Shown: in pieces, positions 49,935-60,443 of the stretch
How positions within the stretch are numbered: the first letter of the stretch is position 1
Layout: each line of letters begins with the position of its first letter
Origin: an uncultured Planctomycetaceae bacterium
Lineage (GTDB): Bacteria > Planctomycetota > Planctomycetia > Planctomycetales > Planctomycetaceae
DNA length: 64,000 nt
Reading direction: 5' to 3'
Assembly: GCA_963813715.1 (NCBI GenBank)
Contig: CAWFAK010000009.1
Span: 64,001 to 128,000, forward strand
Program-made: the position numbers and the translations under genes
The notes under the pieces: model-generated
The model's input: the letters and a program-made list of their open reading frames with translations, nothing else
Databases searched by the model: none
What the model was told of the DNA's origin: nothing

Positions 49935-51659
49935 ATGTCCGAGCGAAATGGGAACGGGCACCTGCCCGAAAGTGGGGCGGCGGTTGGGGATCGGGTTAAT
50001 GGCGAGACGCCGGCGGTCAGGCCCGATTTGACCGATGCCCAACGGGCGGAAGCTGTTCTGGAATGGGATCGCCGCTTCGAGGAGGCGCTGGTCGAAGTGC
50101 GGGCCAATTACGATCGGCAGGCCGAGGAAGCCAGACAGGAGAGCCAGCCAGAACCTGTTCGCGCCGGCCTCAATCGCCTGCGGGAGCTGGTCGTGCCGCC
50201 CAAGAAAGAGTTTCGGCTGTTTTCGGCCGCCCAGCTCAATTCGGGGCAGTACGAAACCCGCTACCTCGTCCGCGGCATCCTGGCGGCCGGCCAGCCCGGC
50301 GGCATCTTCGGGGCCTTCAAAACGCTCAAAACGTCGCTGGCGGCCGACCTCTTGATCTCGATCGCCAGCGGCACCCCGTTCCTGGGCCGCTTTCCCGTGC
50401 CCCAGCCGGGACGCGTCCTCTTTCTCTCCGGCGAATCGGGGCTGCCCGCGCTGCAGTCGATCGCCCGGCGAATCTGTGCCGAGCGCGGCCTGTCGCTGGA
50501 AAAACTCGACAATTTTGTCCTTTCGCCGGACTTGCCCCGGCTCGACCTGAGGTCCGACGTCGCGCGCCCTCAAAAAGACTCATCGAAACCGAACGGCCCG
50601 TCTGCGTCGTCATCGATCCGGCCTATCTCACGCTCGGCGGCGACAACGGCCGCAACCTGTTCGCGATGGGCTCGCTCTTGCGGCCGCTGGCCGAACTCTG
50701 CGAATCGACGGGCTGCACGGTGCTCGTCGTGCATCACTGCAAACGCTCGCAAAAAGCGGGCGACCCGGCCACGCTCGACGACATCGCCTGGAGCGGCTTC
50801 GCCGAGTTCTCGGCCCAGTGGCTCCTGGTCTCGCGGCGCCGCCGCATTCGATCCGGCCACCGGACACCACGAGCTGTGGCTGGGCGCGGGCAGCCGCGTC
50901 GGCAACCACGGCCTGTGGGAACTCGACGTCGACGAAGGCCGGCCGAACGAATTTTCGCTCGATGTTCGGCCCCACGGCCCGGTCGATGGTCCGCTCGATG
51001 ATGCTCTTACGGGCGAGCACCGCATCTGGAAGACGATTTTACGCGCGGTGGCCGCGCTGCAGCGGCAACTCGACGCGCAGTTCGTCGCCGCCAGCGAAGA
51101 CCGCCGCCTCCGCCGCCGAGCCGCCACGTTCGACCGGCAAAAGCAGCGCGTGCTCGAGTTCCTCTCCGCCCACCCCAACGGCTGCAACGCCACCCAAATC
51201 CGCGAAGTGCTCGGCTTCAACGGCAACCGAATGAAACGGCTCCTGGACATGCTCTGCGACGACCGGCTCGCGCGGACCGAGGAAATCTACTACGACCGGC
51301 GGAAGGAAATTCTGTACCACCGCGTGCAGGTCATGGATCTATCCGCCACCGCCATCCAATCCAACCGCGTCAGCCCAGTCGATGAAATGAAGTACGAGGT
51401 CCGGTCCGGACACTTTGTCGATCGACCGGCAGCGCGACCGGAAGACCGCCAGCCACCCACCCCGCTGAACGCCGTCGCCCCGGCAATCGCCCCGACTCCC
51501 GTTCTCCCACCGATAACCCGCGGCGAACGGCCCGTTCCCCAAGAACGCCCCAACCGCCCCGGGTGCAGGGGCGTTGCCCCTGCCCCTGCCAGGTCCGGAC
51601 ACTTTTGTGGAAGCAGGGACCGACGCAGACCGGACGTAGATTGCCGCGTAGTCCTGTAG
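49935..51659 (+). CDS. AAA_25/RepA-like (RecA-fold) ATPase with C-terminal winged HTH (compensating frameshifts ~50570 and ~50845)
   Basis: Walker A variant GAFKTLKT, VLFLSGE; Walker B VVIDP and VLVVHH.K are in the 50063 frame; HTH-like VLEFLSAHPNG..ATQIREVLG. Confidence 0.8.
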   Translation: MSERNGNGHLPESGAAVGDRVNGETPAVRPDLTDAQRAEAVLEWDRRFEEALVEVRANYDRQAEEARQESQPEPVRAGLNRLRELVVPPKKEFRLFSAAQLNSGQYETRYLVRGILAAGQPGGIFGAFKTLKTSLAADLLISIASGTPFLGRFPVPQPGRVLFLSGESGLPALQSIARRICAERGLSLEKLDNFVLSPDLPRLDLRSDVARPQKDSSKPNGPSASSSIRPISRSAATTAATCSRWARSCGRWPNSANRRAARCSSCITANARKKRATRPRSTTSPGAASPSSRPSGSWSRGAAAFDPATGHHELWLGAGSRVGNHGLWELDVDEGRPNEFSLDVRPHGPVDGPLDDALTGEHRIWKTILRAVAALQRQLDAQFVAASEDRRLRRRAATFDRQKQRVLEFLSAHPNGCNATQIREVLGFNGNRMKRLLDMLCDDRLARTEEIYYDRRKEILYHRVQVMDLSATAIQSNRVSPVDEMKYEVRSGHFVDRPAARPEDRQPPTPLNAVAPAIAPTPVLPPITRGERPVPQERPNRPGCRGVAPAPARSGHFCGSRDRRRPDVDCRVVL

Positions 51660-51910
51660 TTCCGTAGGGCCGGCTGCCAGCTTACGCAGGCGGCTCGCCA
51701 AGATCGAAACGCCCGGCGAGCGTCGGGCGTCAGCCCGATGGTGCTTTGTCTTAACGGCAGCGTGATCGCTGTCGCCAAGGTTCGCAAGATGAATTGAAGC
51801 ACCCGCCAGCTTACGCTGGCGGCTCGCCGGTTCGGGTGCAGGGGCGCTGCACCTGCCAGTCCGGACACTTTTGTGGGAATGGGGACCGACGCGGACCGGA
51901 CGTAGATTGC
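51560..51910 (+). repeat. ~80-bp imperfect direct repeat pair enclosing REP-like family 3 hairpins
   Basis: 51560-51644 vs 51833-51910 (CGGGTGCAGGGGCG...GTCCGGACACTTTTGTGG...GGGACCGACGC.GACCGGACGTAGATTGC); GCCAGCTTACGC.GGCGGCTCGCC at 51674-51699 and 51803-51828. Confidence 0.9.
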
Positions 51911-51937
51911 GGATCTGAATCGTTAGTGTGAGGCATT

Positions 51938-52027
51938 GGGTGGCACTGGCGGCTTGTCCGCCAGTGTCTTCTGATGGGCAGCGCGACGGACCCAAGAACA
52001 CTGGCGGACAAGCCGCCAGTGCCACCC
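51938..52027. repeat. REPIN-like element, family 1, copy 2
   Basis: Perfectly inverted 29-bp arms at 51938-51966 and 51999-52027, 32-nt spacer. Confidence 0.92.
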
Positions 52028-52098
52028 ACGACCACGTCTTGGCCAAAAGAGAATCCGGGGCTTCCGCAAAGCGGAGCGCCCGGCCACTCGTCGCGTAG

Positions 52099-54028
52099 TC
52101 ATTCGGCGACTTTGTTCGCCGCGGTCGGGCGGTAGTAGTCGCCCGCCAGCCAGCGGACGACCAGGTCCGATTCGCGGGGGCTCAAGCGCGTTTGGAAGGC
52201 CGGCATGTGATTGTGCTCGCCGTAATTCTCCGGGCGGCCCGGGTCGGCGACGAATCGCTTGAGCCAGTCGACGCTGCCGTAACCGGCCAGCGCCGGGGCC
52301 GAACCGTCCTTCGCGCCTCCCTTCTTGCCGCCGGCGGCCGGCGTGAGCGAGTGGCAATCGGTGCAGGCCGACGACAGCTTGACCTTGGCCAGCGCGCCGG
52401 TCTCGAAGATTTTGCGACCCGGCTCGACCAGCGCCTTCTGCTCGGCCGTCTGAGGTAAGCGGCCCGACTGCGACGCGATGAATTCGACCAGCGCATCCAA
52501 GCTCTGTTTGTTGGCCGGATCGTTCAAGGCGGCCTTGTTCGTTTCGGACCAGTCGGCCATTTCGCCGTTGTCGAGCAGGTCTTCGCCGACTTTTTTGTCG
52601 GCGGCGTTCCGCAGCGGCTGGAACTGATGCTTGAAGTCGACGAGCACCGCGCGGACCCAGTCGCGCGAGCCGAAGTTGCCCAGGTCGGCCGCGGTTGCCG
52701 GCGCTTCGACGCGCGCGTCCCCGGCGGCGCTTTCGCCCGCAGGCGCAGCCGCGGCTCCGTTTGCTGGTGTCGGCGCAGCCGCCACGGTGACCTTACGGCC
52801 CGTGCCGTCGGTGCCGTTATAGCGGTGACAGCTCGCGCAGTTGGCCGCGAAGATTTTGGGCCCCTGCGAAAGGGGATCGTCGCGCAACAGCGTCACCGCG
52901 CCGGCGACGGGGATCATGTCCGGGACGGCGGGCCAGCTCGACGGCCCGTTCGCCCGATCGATCGGCCTCGTGGACGGCCAGCTGGAAGTCGGCGTTGTGT
53001 CGATCTTCGTAGGCGGCCAGCCCGGTCAGACCGACGACGCCCGCCATCAGCGCGAACAAAAAGCAAACGTTGAACGCGTGCCCGGCCCGCCAGCGTCCAA
53101 TCAGCGGCATCAGGACAAAAATGATCAGGATGGCCGTCGGCACGTAGATCGCGCCAAACGCCAACCCATAGTGCTCGACCGATTGAAATTTCAGGAAGCG
53201 GAACAGGAACAAGAAGTACCACTCGGGCCGAGCGGCCGAGTACGGCTCGGAGGGATCGGCCGGCGCGCTCAGCTCGGCCCCTTTGAAGACGACGCACAAG
53301 ATGACGACTGCCAGGACGCCCAGGCAGGCGACCGCGTCGCGGAGCACCTGGTCGGGCCAAAAGGTCGTCTCGGGTCGATCTTTCCGACGCACCGTGAGTC
53401 CGTGTCGCCGAAACATGTAGACATGCAGCACCAAGAACAGGACGAGCGCCGCAGGCAGGAAGCCGGCGTGCATCGCGAAGAAGCGGGTCAGCGTGTGATG
53501 GCCGTAGCGAGAGCCGCCTTGCACGAGCTGCTGCAAGAGCGGCCCGACGACCGGCGCGGACCCCATGATCTCCGTCGAAACCTGCGTGGCGTAATAGCCT
53601 TTTTGGTCCCAGGGGAGCAGATAGCCGGTGAGCGACAAGCCGAAGACGATCTGCATCAGGATCAGCCCGAGCCAGAAGTTGATCTCGCGCGGCGCACGGT
53701 ACGCCCCGTCGACGATCACCTGAATCAGGTGCAGGGCCATCAGCACGACCATCGCCTGGGCCGAGTAATGATGGATGCCCCGCACGAGCCAGCCGTAGGA
53801 CATCACGTCCTGGATGAAGTAGACGCTTTCCCAGGCGGTCTGGGCACTGGGGCTGTAGGCCGTCCAGAGGAACAGGCCGGTGATCACCTGCACGGTAAAC
53901 GTGAAGACCAGCGTGCTGCCCCACACGTAACGCCAGCGCGCTCCGCCGGGAATCGGCTCGAGCAGGACCTCGCGCATCAGGTGGCGATAGCCGGTGCGGC
54001 TGTCGAACCAATCACTCAGGCTCGTCAT
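52099..54028 (-). CDS. Cytochrome b of a Rieske/cyt b complex fused to a dihaem cytochrome c (frameshift ~52915)
   Basis: GW.VRGIH, TGYLLPWDQ, TLTRFFAMH and PEWY; CASCH and CTDCH in the downstream frame. Confidence 0.9.
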
Positions 54029-54040
54029 AGGTTGCCGTTC

Positions 54041-54690
54041 TCAGGCCGAGACCACGATCTTGTCGGGAGTGCCCGCTTTGAAAACCTGGTAGCGGACCCA
54101 GACCTCGCTGTTGTTCTTGAGCTTCACTTCGAGCGAGTCGAGGCCGCGCGGCGGAATTTCGTTCTTGCGTTGCCCGTCGAGATCGAAGCCGCTCATGTGG
54201 CAGGGACACAAATAATCGTTCTGCGACGGGGCGGTAATCGACGGCGCAGCCCAGGTGCGGACAGCGGACGTTGAACGCCGTCACCGTGCCGTCCGGCAGC
54301 TTGCGGAGAAACACGCGGCCGACCGGCTGGTTGGCGAACTTGTTCCAGGCGTCGACCGTGTCGTCATAGACGGTGAAAATCTGCGGCCGGCCGTCGGCGG
54401 GAATGGCCGCCAGCGGACGTCACCGGCAGAAAGCCGTCGGCATCGCGTCGACCGTCGCCGCCGCCCGACGAGCCCCGCTTTCGCAGGAGCGGATCGAGAA
54501 AGAAGGTCACGCCCGCGGCGGCCGGCACCACCAACAGCACTCCGCTGGTCAGCACGGCCAAGAGCTTTGTCAAAAAGTTGCGGCGCGGGCCGCCGGCTGG
54601 AGGCGCTTCGCCGAGCGAGCGCGAGGCGTCCGCGGGAGTCGATCCGGATTTTCGCGCGGCGGCCGATTTATCGGCAGAGTCCGAGGGCAT
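54041..54690 (-). CDS. Rieske [2Fe-2S] protein with Tat signal (frameshifted)
   Basis: RRNFL twin-Arg plus TM; CPHLGC; CPCHMSGF after correcting a 1-nt indel near 54230. Confidence 0.9.
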
Positions 54691-54875
54691 GATCAGTCGT
54701 CCGAGTGTGGGAGTCGCTCAATCGCAGTCATGAGTCCAAGAATGTCGGCGGGCAACAGGCGGTGGCAGGTTTGTTGCAGTGTCAGTTTTATTAAAGGCAG
54801 TGGCAGTTTATTGAATCTGGGCGCTGGGTCGTCAAGGAGGGAGCGAAGCGGCGTGGGGCCGGATCGCGGGGGCCG

Positions 54876-55886
54876 TCATGCGGGGGCGGGCGGTTCCGTC
54901 GGAGCGGCGAGGGCGTCGCGAGTGGCGGTCAGCACGCGCTTGAGCGCGTCCGTCAGGTTGCCGTTCAACGTTGCGCCGGAGGCCTGCTTGTGGCCGCCGC
55001 CGCCGAATTGCTCGGCGAGCATGGCGACGTCGACGCCGGCTCGGCTGCGGAAACTGAATTTGACCGTCTTGTTCATCTGCTCGACCGCGATGAACGCACA
55101 CTGGGTGCCGCCGATTTTCAGGCACTCGTTGACGAGGTCCTCGGTATCGACGGGGCGGGCGCCGCAGCGGTCGAAGTCGGCCAGTTCCACCCAGGTGTAG
55201 GCCAGCTTCCCGTCGCTCTCGAGCGTCACCCGGCTGAGCACGCAGCCGGCCAGCCGAATGCGGCCGACCGAAAACTGCTCGTAAAGTTGCCGGTAGAGCA
55301 AGTCGGGCCGCGCACCGAGGTCAATGAGCCGTGCGGCCACGCGGTGCGTCGACTCGCGAACCGACGAAAAACGGAACCAGCCGGTGTCGGTGGCGACCGC
55401 GCAGAACAACGGCGTTGCGACTTCGGGAGGAATGGCCAGATCGAGCGCGTCGGCCATTTCCAGAATCAGCACGCCCGTCGCCTCGGCCTGCGTGTCCTTG
55501 AATTCGAGCGCCCCCAGATCGTCGCTGCTGGCGTGATGGTCGATCACCACCCGGCGGGCCGTGCCGCGACGCATCATCTGGCCGACGTCCTGCAGCTGGC
55601 TCCAGGAACTGGTGTCGACGACGATGTGAACGTCGGTCTCCAGCAGGGCCTCGGGCTTGATGTCTTCGCCGATCTTCAGCACCTTGTGCTCGGGATCGAG
55701 GAACGACAGCGTCGCCGGGATTGCCGACGGATTGACGATGCGGACCTCTTTGCCCAGCGTCCGCAGGATCGCGGCCAGCCCCAGCTCGGAACCGATGGCG
55801 TCGGCGTCGGGCCGCACGTGGCTGGACAAGATAAACCGCTGGTTCGACATCAACACGTCGCGCAGCGGTTCCCAGGGAATCACCAT
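54876..55886 (-). CDS. nrnA: DHH/DHHA1 phosphoesterase (NrnA oligoribonuclease/pAp phosphatase)
   Basis: H.RPDADAIGS, VVD, IDHH, TDTGWF, S.RS and GGGGH..ASG motifs. Confidence 0.9.
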   Translation of the reverse strand: MVIPWEPLRDVLMSNQRFILSSHVRPDADAIGSELGLAAILRTLGKEVRIVNPSAIPATLSFLDPEHKVLKIGEDIKPEALLETDVHIVVDTSSWSQLQDVGQMMRRGTARRVVIDHHASSDDLGALEFKDTQAEATGVLILEMADALDLAIPPEVATPLFCAVATDTGWFRFSSVRESTHRVAARLIDLGARPDLLYRQLYEQFSVGRIRLAGCVLSRVTLESDGKLAYTWVELADFDRCGARPVDTEDLVNECLKIGGTQCAFIAVEQMNKTVKFSFRSRAGVDVAMLAEQFGGGGHKQASGATLNGNLTDALKRVLTATRDALAAPTEPPAPA

Positions 55887-55975
55887 GGCCGCATTGTAAA
55901 AGGTCGCTGCCGATCTCGCGACTGGCCCCGCAACGATTGCGCCGGACTTTCTTGCGCCGGGAACCATGCAAGGTC

Positions 55976-56063
55976 GGGTGGCACTGGCGGCTCGTCCGCC
56001 AGTGTCTTGAGTGGGCCGCTCAGCGGACAAGAAACACTGGCGGACAAGCCGCCAGTGCCACCC
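55976..56063. repeat. REPIN-like element, family 1, copy 3
   Basis: Arms at 55976-56004 and 56035-56063, 30-nt spacer with an internal CCGCT/AGCGG hairpin. Confidence 0.92.
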
Positions 56064-56087
56064 CTGACTCATCGTTTTGGGGGAGGA

Positions 56088-57814
56088 CTATCGCGGCTCG
56101 GGGCCGAGGTTGCCGGCAAAATGGCTGGGCAGCGTGGACGGTTCGACGGGCGGATTGAGCGAGTTTCGTGCGCCGAGCGGCAAACTTTGGGCGGCCAGGC
56201 CGAGCGCGTGGGCTTGGTTGCGCAGGTGTTCGATTTCGTGCAGCTCGCGCTCCACATCCACGTTCGACTCTTCCAAGCAGCCCTGCCGCACGCGGCCCGA
56301 CAGCGCGTCGGAGCCGGCGCCATTGGCCTGAAACTGGCGGCGAATCGTGAACAGGTTTTCGCCCGTCGGCGCCAAGTCGGCCAGCGCGGGCACCCGCACG
56401 ATTTCGATTCGTTGCGGCGAGTCGTGCACGGAAACGGGGCCGGCCTTGACCATGCTGTCCACCGAGATCTCGACGTCGCTGTCGGGTCCCTTGATCTTCA
56501 CCGACGGCAGCACGAAGAGTTCGCGCTGCGCGGTGCGCCACACGAGTTCCCCGCCGACGCTCACCGCGAAACGCCCGCACCGCGTGTAGTACAACTGGTG
56601 GGTCTGGCGGTCTTCAAGCTGGAAGAATCCTTCGCCGTCGATCGCCAGATCGAGCGGACGATCGGTTTTGCGAATCTTGCCTTGGCCAGCGTCGACACCC
56701 ACCGGCCCGAGCCGCACGCCCACGCCGATGCTGCCGCGCGACGAGCTGGCGGCCGCGCTCTCGAGCGCGACGATCGCACGTTTGTAACCGTCGGTGCCGG
56801 CGTTGGCGACGTTATTCAGCAAGACTTGCTGCGCCTGAGCGATGGCTTCGAGGCTGGCGCCGATCGTCCGCGCGGCGTCCCGCTCGCCGTCGGGCAGTAA
56901 GCCGGGTGAGTCACTGGGCGGCAGGAGCGGCTCGCTGGCGGTCGGCCCGGGAGTAGCCTGCGGCCACAGCGGCAGACTCGAGGGGGGCTGGCCCAGTGAC
57001 GACGGGCCAAACGGCGACTGGCCGATTGGCGACTGGCCTAACGGGGAAGGCCCCAGCAGCGGCCGGGTCTCGACGGTCGACGGCGGCGTGCGGCCCAGCT
57101 CCTCGCGGAGCCGCAACAGTTCGCGCACGTCGTGGGGCGACAGAATCCTTGAGCTGTTCGTGCCAGACTTCGCGCTCCTCGGCCGTTGAGTTGGGCAGCG
57201 CTCGATCAATGACGCGGCGACCCGGCGAAATCGGGTGTGGGGAAATTCACGTTCGGCGAATTGACATTCGGGGAATTTAGGCCCGGTGCGATCGGCCCCC
57301 CATCGCCGAATCTGGGAGTCACTGGGGCCGAGGCTGGTGGTTCGACGGGGAAATCCGGTCCGTCCGGCAAGAGCGGCAGTGCGTCGGTCCGTAGTGGCAT
57401 CGGCATCGGCTGAGGAATCGCCGAGGGCCGCGTCGATTCGCTGGCGTCGGCCGTCCGCGGCGGGTGTGGCAGAGCGGCCGGCTCGCGACCCGAGACAGCG
57501 GGCAGGATTCGGTTGGTTCCGACCTCGCTCGACAACAGCGGGCGCTCGCAGGCACCGCTCGCGCAGCCGGTGGTCATGACGTCCGAGATGCGAGTGACCG
57601 TGCGCGGTCCGCTTGCGGGCGGATTGTCTGGCATCTTGCAGTCGGGGTACAGCTGCGGGGGAAGGAAAGACGCGGGCGTCGCCGCGCCCGTCGCGCGGCT
57701 CGCAGCCGGCGGATGGTGGTGTCCTTGACGAGCGATCCAATGTCCGGCAACGAGCAGTGCCGAGACGCAGACCAAAGACAAAACACCGGTCGCCGCGCGG
57801 TTCACAAAGCGCAT
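56088..57814 (-). CDS. FlgG/FlgF-like rod-domain protein with N-terminal membrane anchor and Pro-rich linker (two frameshifts ~57220 and ~57145)
   Basis: NNVANAGTDGYK, TDRPLDLAIDGEGFF, YTR.GRF, GENLF and QG.LE.SNVD; hydrophobic N-terminus from ATG 57814. Confidence 0.75.
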
Positions 57815-58430
57815 GGTTGCCCTCCCTGGCAAAAGCGGGCCGCACGGTAGTCGAATCCGGTAAAAGCGGCAAGATGGATTGGCTCTCAATCGCTTCCGGG
57901 GAAGCGACTTAAGAGCTCGTCGCGCCCACCTGCCGAATCCGTCGGCCGAGCAACTGATGAAGGCTCTCTCAGAATGCAGCTTCCGGAAGCTCGCACCTCG
58001 AAGCACCTACCGATGTCCGGGCCTGTGGACGCGGTACAGCCTGCGCTGTCCGGCATCGAGGTGAGTCACAACGTCGCATGGATGCCCCCCGAGGACGCAT
58101 CGCGAATCGCGGGACGAAATTTTACCGGCTGCAGGGCCGCGTTCGTCTCGACCGATTGCCGGTCGTTCACTATAAAGCGTCCCCCTCAAAGCGGCCGTAA
58201 GCCGCTGAGCGGGTAAAAATTACGCAGTCGTGCGCGGGGCCGCAGGATTCCGACCGGCGCAAACGGGAAACATCGGCGCCTGCGGAATTTCTTGGCAGTT
58301 TCTCATTTGCACGGCAGATCCCTCGCGTGACCGGCCGGACCCAGAGATGCCGGAAACTGCGAGCGGTCTCGCGAAATCCCGCGCCGGATCGCGAACGTGA
58401 GACTTTAATCCTCTTGAAAGGAGTCGTGAC

Positions 58431-60207
58431 GTGATGCAGGGCTTGGGTCGAAAGGAATCTTCATCCGTTGACACCGTGCGGCGGACGGCGCGGCGGCTGG
58501 CCCTCTTCGGCCTGGCCGCGGCCCCGCTGATGGCGGCCGGCACGCTGATCTGGGCTCAGGACGATCCGCGCGACGTAATCGAACAGCGTCGCCGCGACGT
58601 CGATCGCGAACGCCGCCTCGTCGACCACGACGTCAACCGCGAGCGGCGCTTGGACGACCGCGAGTATATCTCCGATCGCCGGCCCGATCCGGGCGCCATC
58701 GAGCGACGCGAAAAACTGGCCCGCGACCTGAAACACGACCTGCTCGACTTCGACAAGAACGGCTTTGATCGCGGTCCGGATCGTCGATATTACGGCGGCG
58801 ACGTGTCCACAGTCGTCGAATCGCCCGAAACGCTCGACCTGTCACGCCGCATCTTCGATCACATCGCGCAGGAGGCCGACGCCCTGCAAGTCGGGCTCAA
58901 CAACGACGTCGACCAGATGCGGGGCGTCCGTAGCGTATTGCACGACGTGATCCAGTTCAGCGCGGGCCCAGGTTCTCGCCGAAAGCTGCCGCCGGACCGA
59001 ACGACTCGGCGTGATGTATGGCGACTTCGAGGCCTTCGATCGCGACTGGCAGTCGATTTCCTACAAGTTGCGACGGATTCCCGAGATCAACCAAAGCGCT
59101 GCGCTCCGGCGCATTGAAAACATCGACAAGCTCGATGCAAAGCTCAACGAAATCTTTAAGGTCAAGCCGCACTTCGACCAGCACGAGCTGCTCCGCGCCA
59201 CGGCCGCGCTCTCCGACAAGCTGCAGAGACTGGTGGAAGACATCGAAGTGGAAATGGTCGATCCCCAGTTGCGCCGCTCGTTGACCGAGATGGCCCGCCG
59301 CACGCAATCCGAGGCCCAGATGGTCTCCAGCGTGTGCGATTCCGAGAGCGATCCGGCGGCTGTCGCCGGCGAGTTCAAGGAGTATCTCGAGTTGTGGCAC
59401 CCGCTGGTCCGCCAGATTCGCCAGGTCGACGCCAACCATGCGCTCGAGCGGACCGTCTTCCGCGTCAGCCAGTCGAACCGGGAGATCGGCGAATTCCTGC
59501 GGATGCCCGCCCAGAATGACACAACCAACCTGGGCTACATCATGGACTCACTTAAACGCGACGTTGACGAATACTTCACGCGGGCGCCGCTGCGACTCGT
59601 GATGGACCTGCCCGATGCCCGCACGGCGCTCGCCACTGCCGGAGAGTTTTACGGCACCTGCGAGCAGTTTTCGCAGGAAGCCACCAACAACGCGTCGCAG
59701 ACCGACCTGGCCGAGGCCTTCCGCAACGTGTCGCAGGCCTGGCGGGCGTTCAACTACACGTTCCGCCCGATGCAAAGCGAGCCGGCTCGCCGCGTGCTAA
59801 ACCGCATCGAGCAGAGCATGGGTTCGCTGGCCGACGCGTTGCAGCTCTATGATCAGCAGTTCGACGGCCGCCGCATCAGCGACCTGGCCTACACTCTGTC
59901 GGCCGCGGCCGACAACATCAACCGCGACACGCAGATCTGGCTGCAGCGCGATCGCCAGGACTTCGCCGACGAGGCGACCCGCGCAACGCAGTCGTTCGTC
60001 GAGCGTTGCCAGCGGTTCAGCGACGCGGTGACCGGCGGTGCGACGGTCGAACAACTGCGGCCGGAAATCATGCACTTGTACGAGCACTACAAGCAGGTCT
60101 ACTCCTTCATCTCGCAGTGCGGCGGCCACGAGCGCGGCCGGTTGGCGGAAAACGCCAAACGCGCCAAAGCGGCCCTGGTCGACCTCCGCACGCAGCTGGA
60201 GATCTAA
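58431..60207 (+). CDS. Secreted all-alpha repeat protein (frameshift ~58960)
   Basis: Signal peptide (RR..RRLALFGL...IWAQD), Arg/Asp-rich segment, about four ~100-aa helical units each with F......W. Confidence 0.7.
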
Positions 60208-60230
60208 TCCGCGTTATGATTTGATTCTCG

Positions 60231-60264
60231 AAGCCCGCCGGCCCAAAACCGGCGGGCTTTTTTT
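60231..60264 (+). terminator. Rho-independent terminator
   Basis: GCCCGCCGG-CCCAAAA-CCGGCGGGC followed by T7. Confidence 0.9.
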
Positions 60265-60443
60265 CGCGCTGATCGGTCAAGCCGTGCGCGGCGTGATTAG
60301 CGGAGGATGTGGGGCAATCGTAGGGTATGACCGGGCGCCTCGGCGGCCGCCGGCACACCATCTTACGGACATTTCGTCAGCGCCCTGCGCAAGAATGGCG
60401 GGCCTGCGCCCGCTTCGCCGGCTGGTCCTACCCTACAAAACCG

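Noticed and set aside
51560..52090. Possible CRISPR array
   Set aside because: The repeats differ in type and orientation, the spacing is irregular and there are no cas genes; a REP mosaic fits better
55887..56072. N-terminal extension of NrnA in the ORF track
   Set aside because: It is a translation of the REPIN; the likely start is ATG 55886
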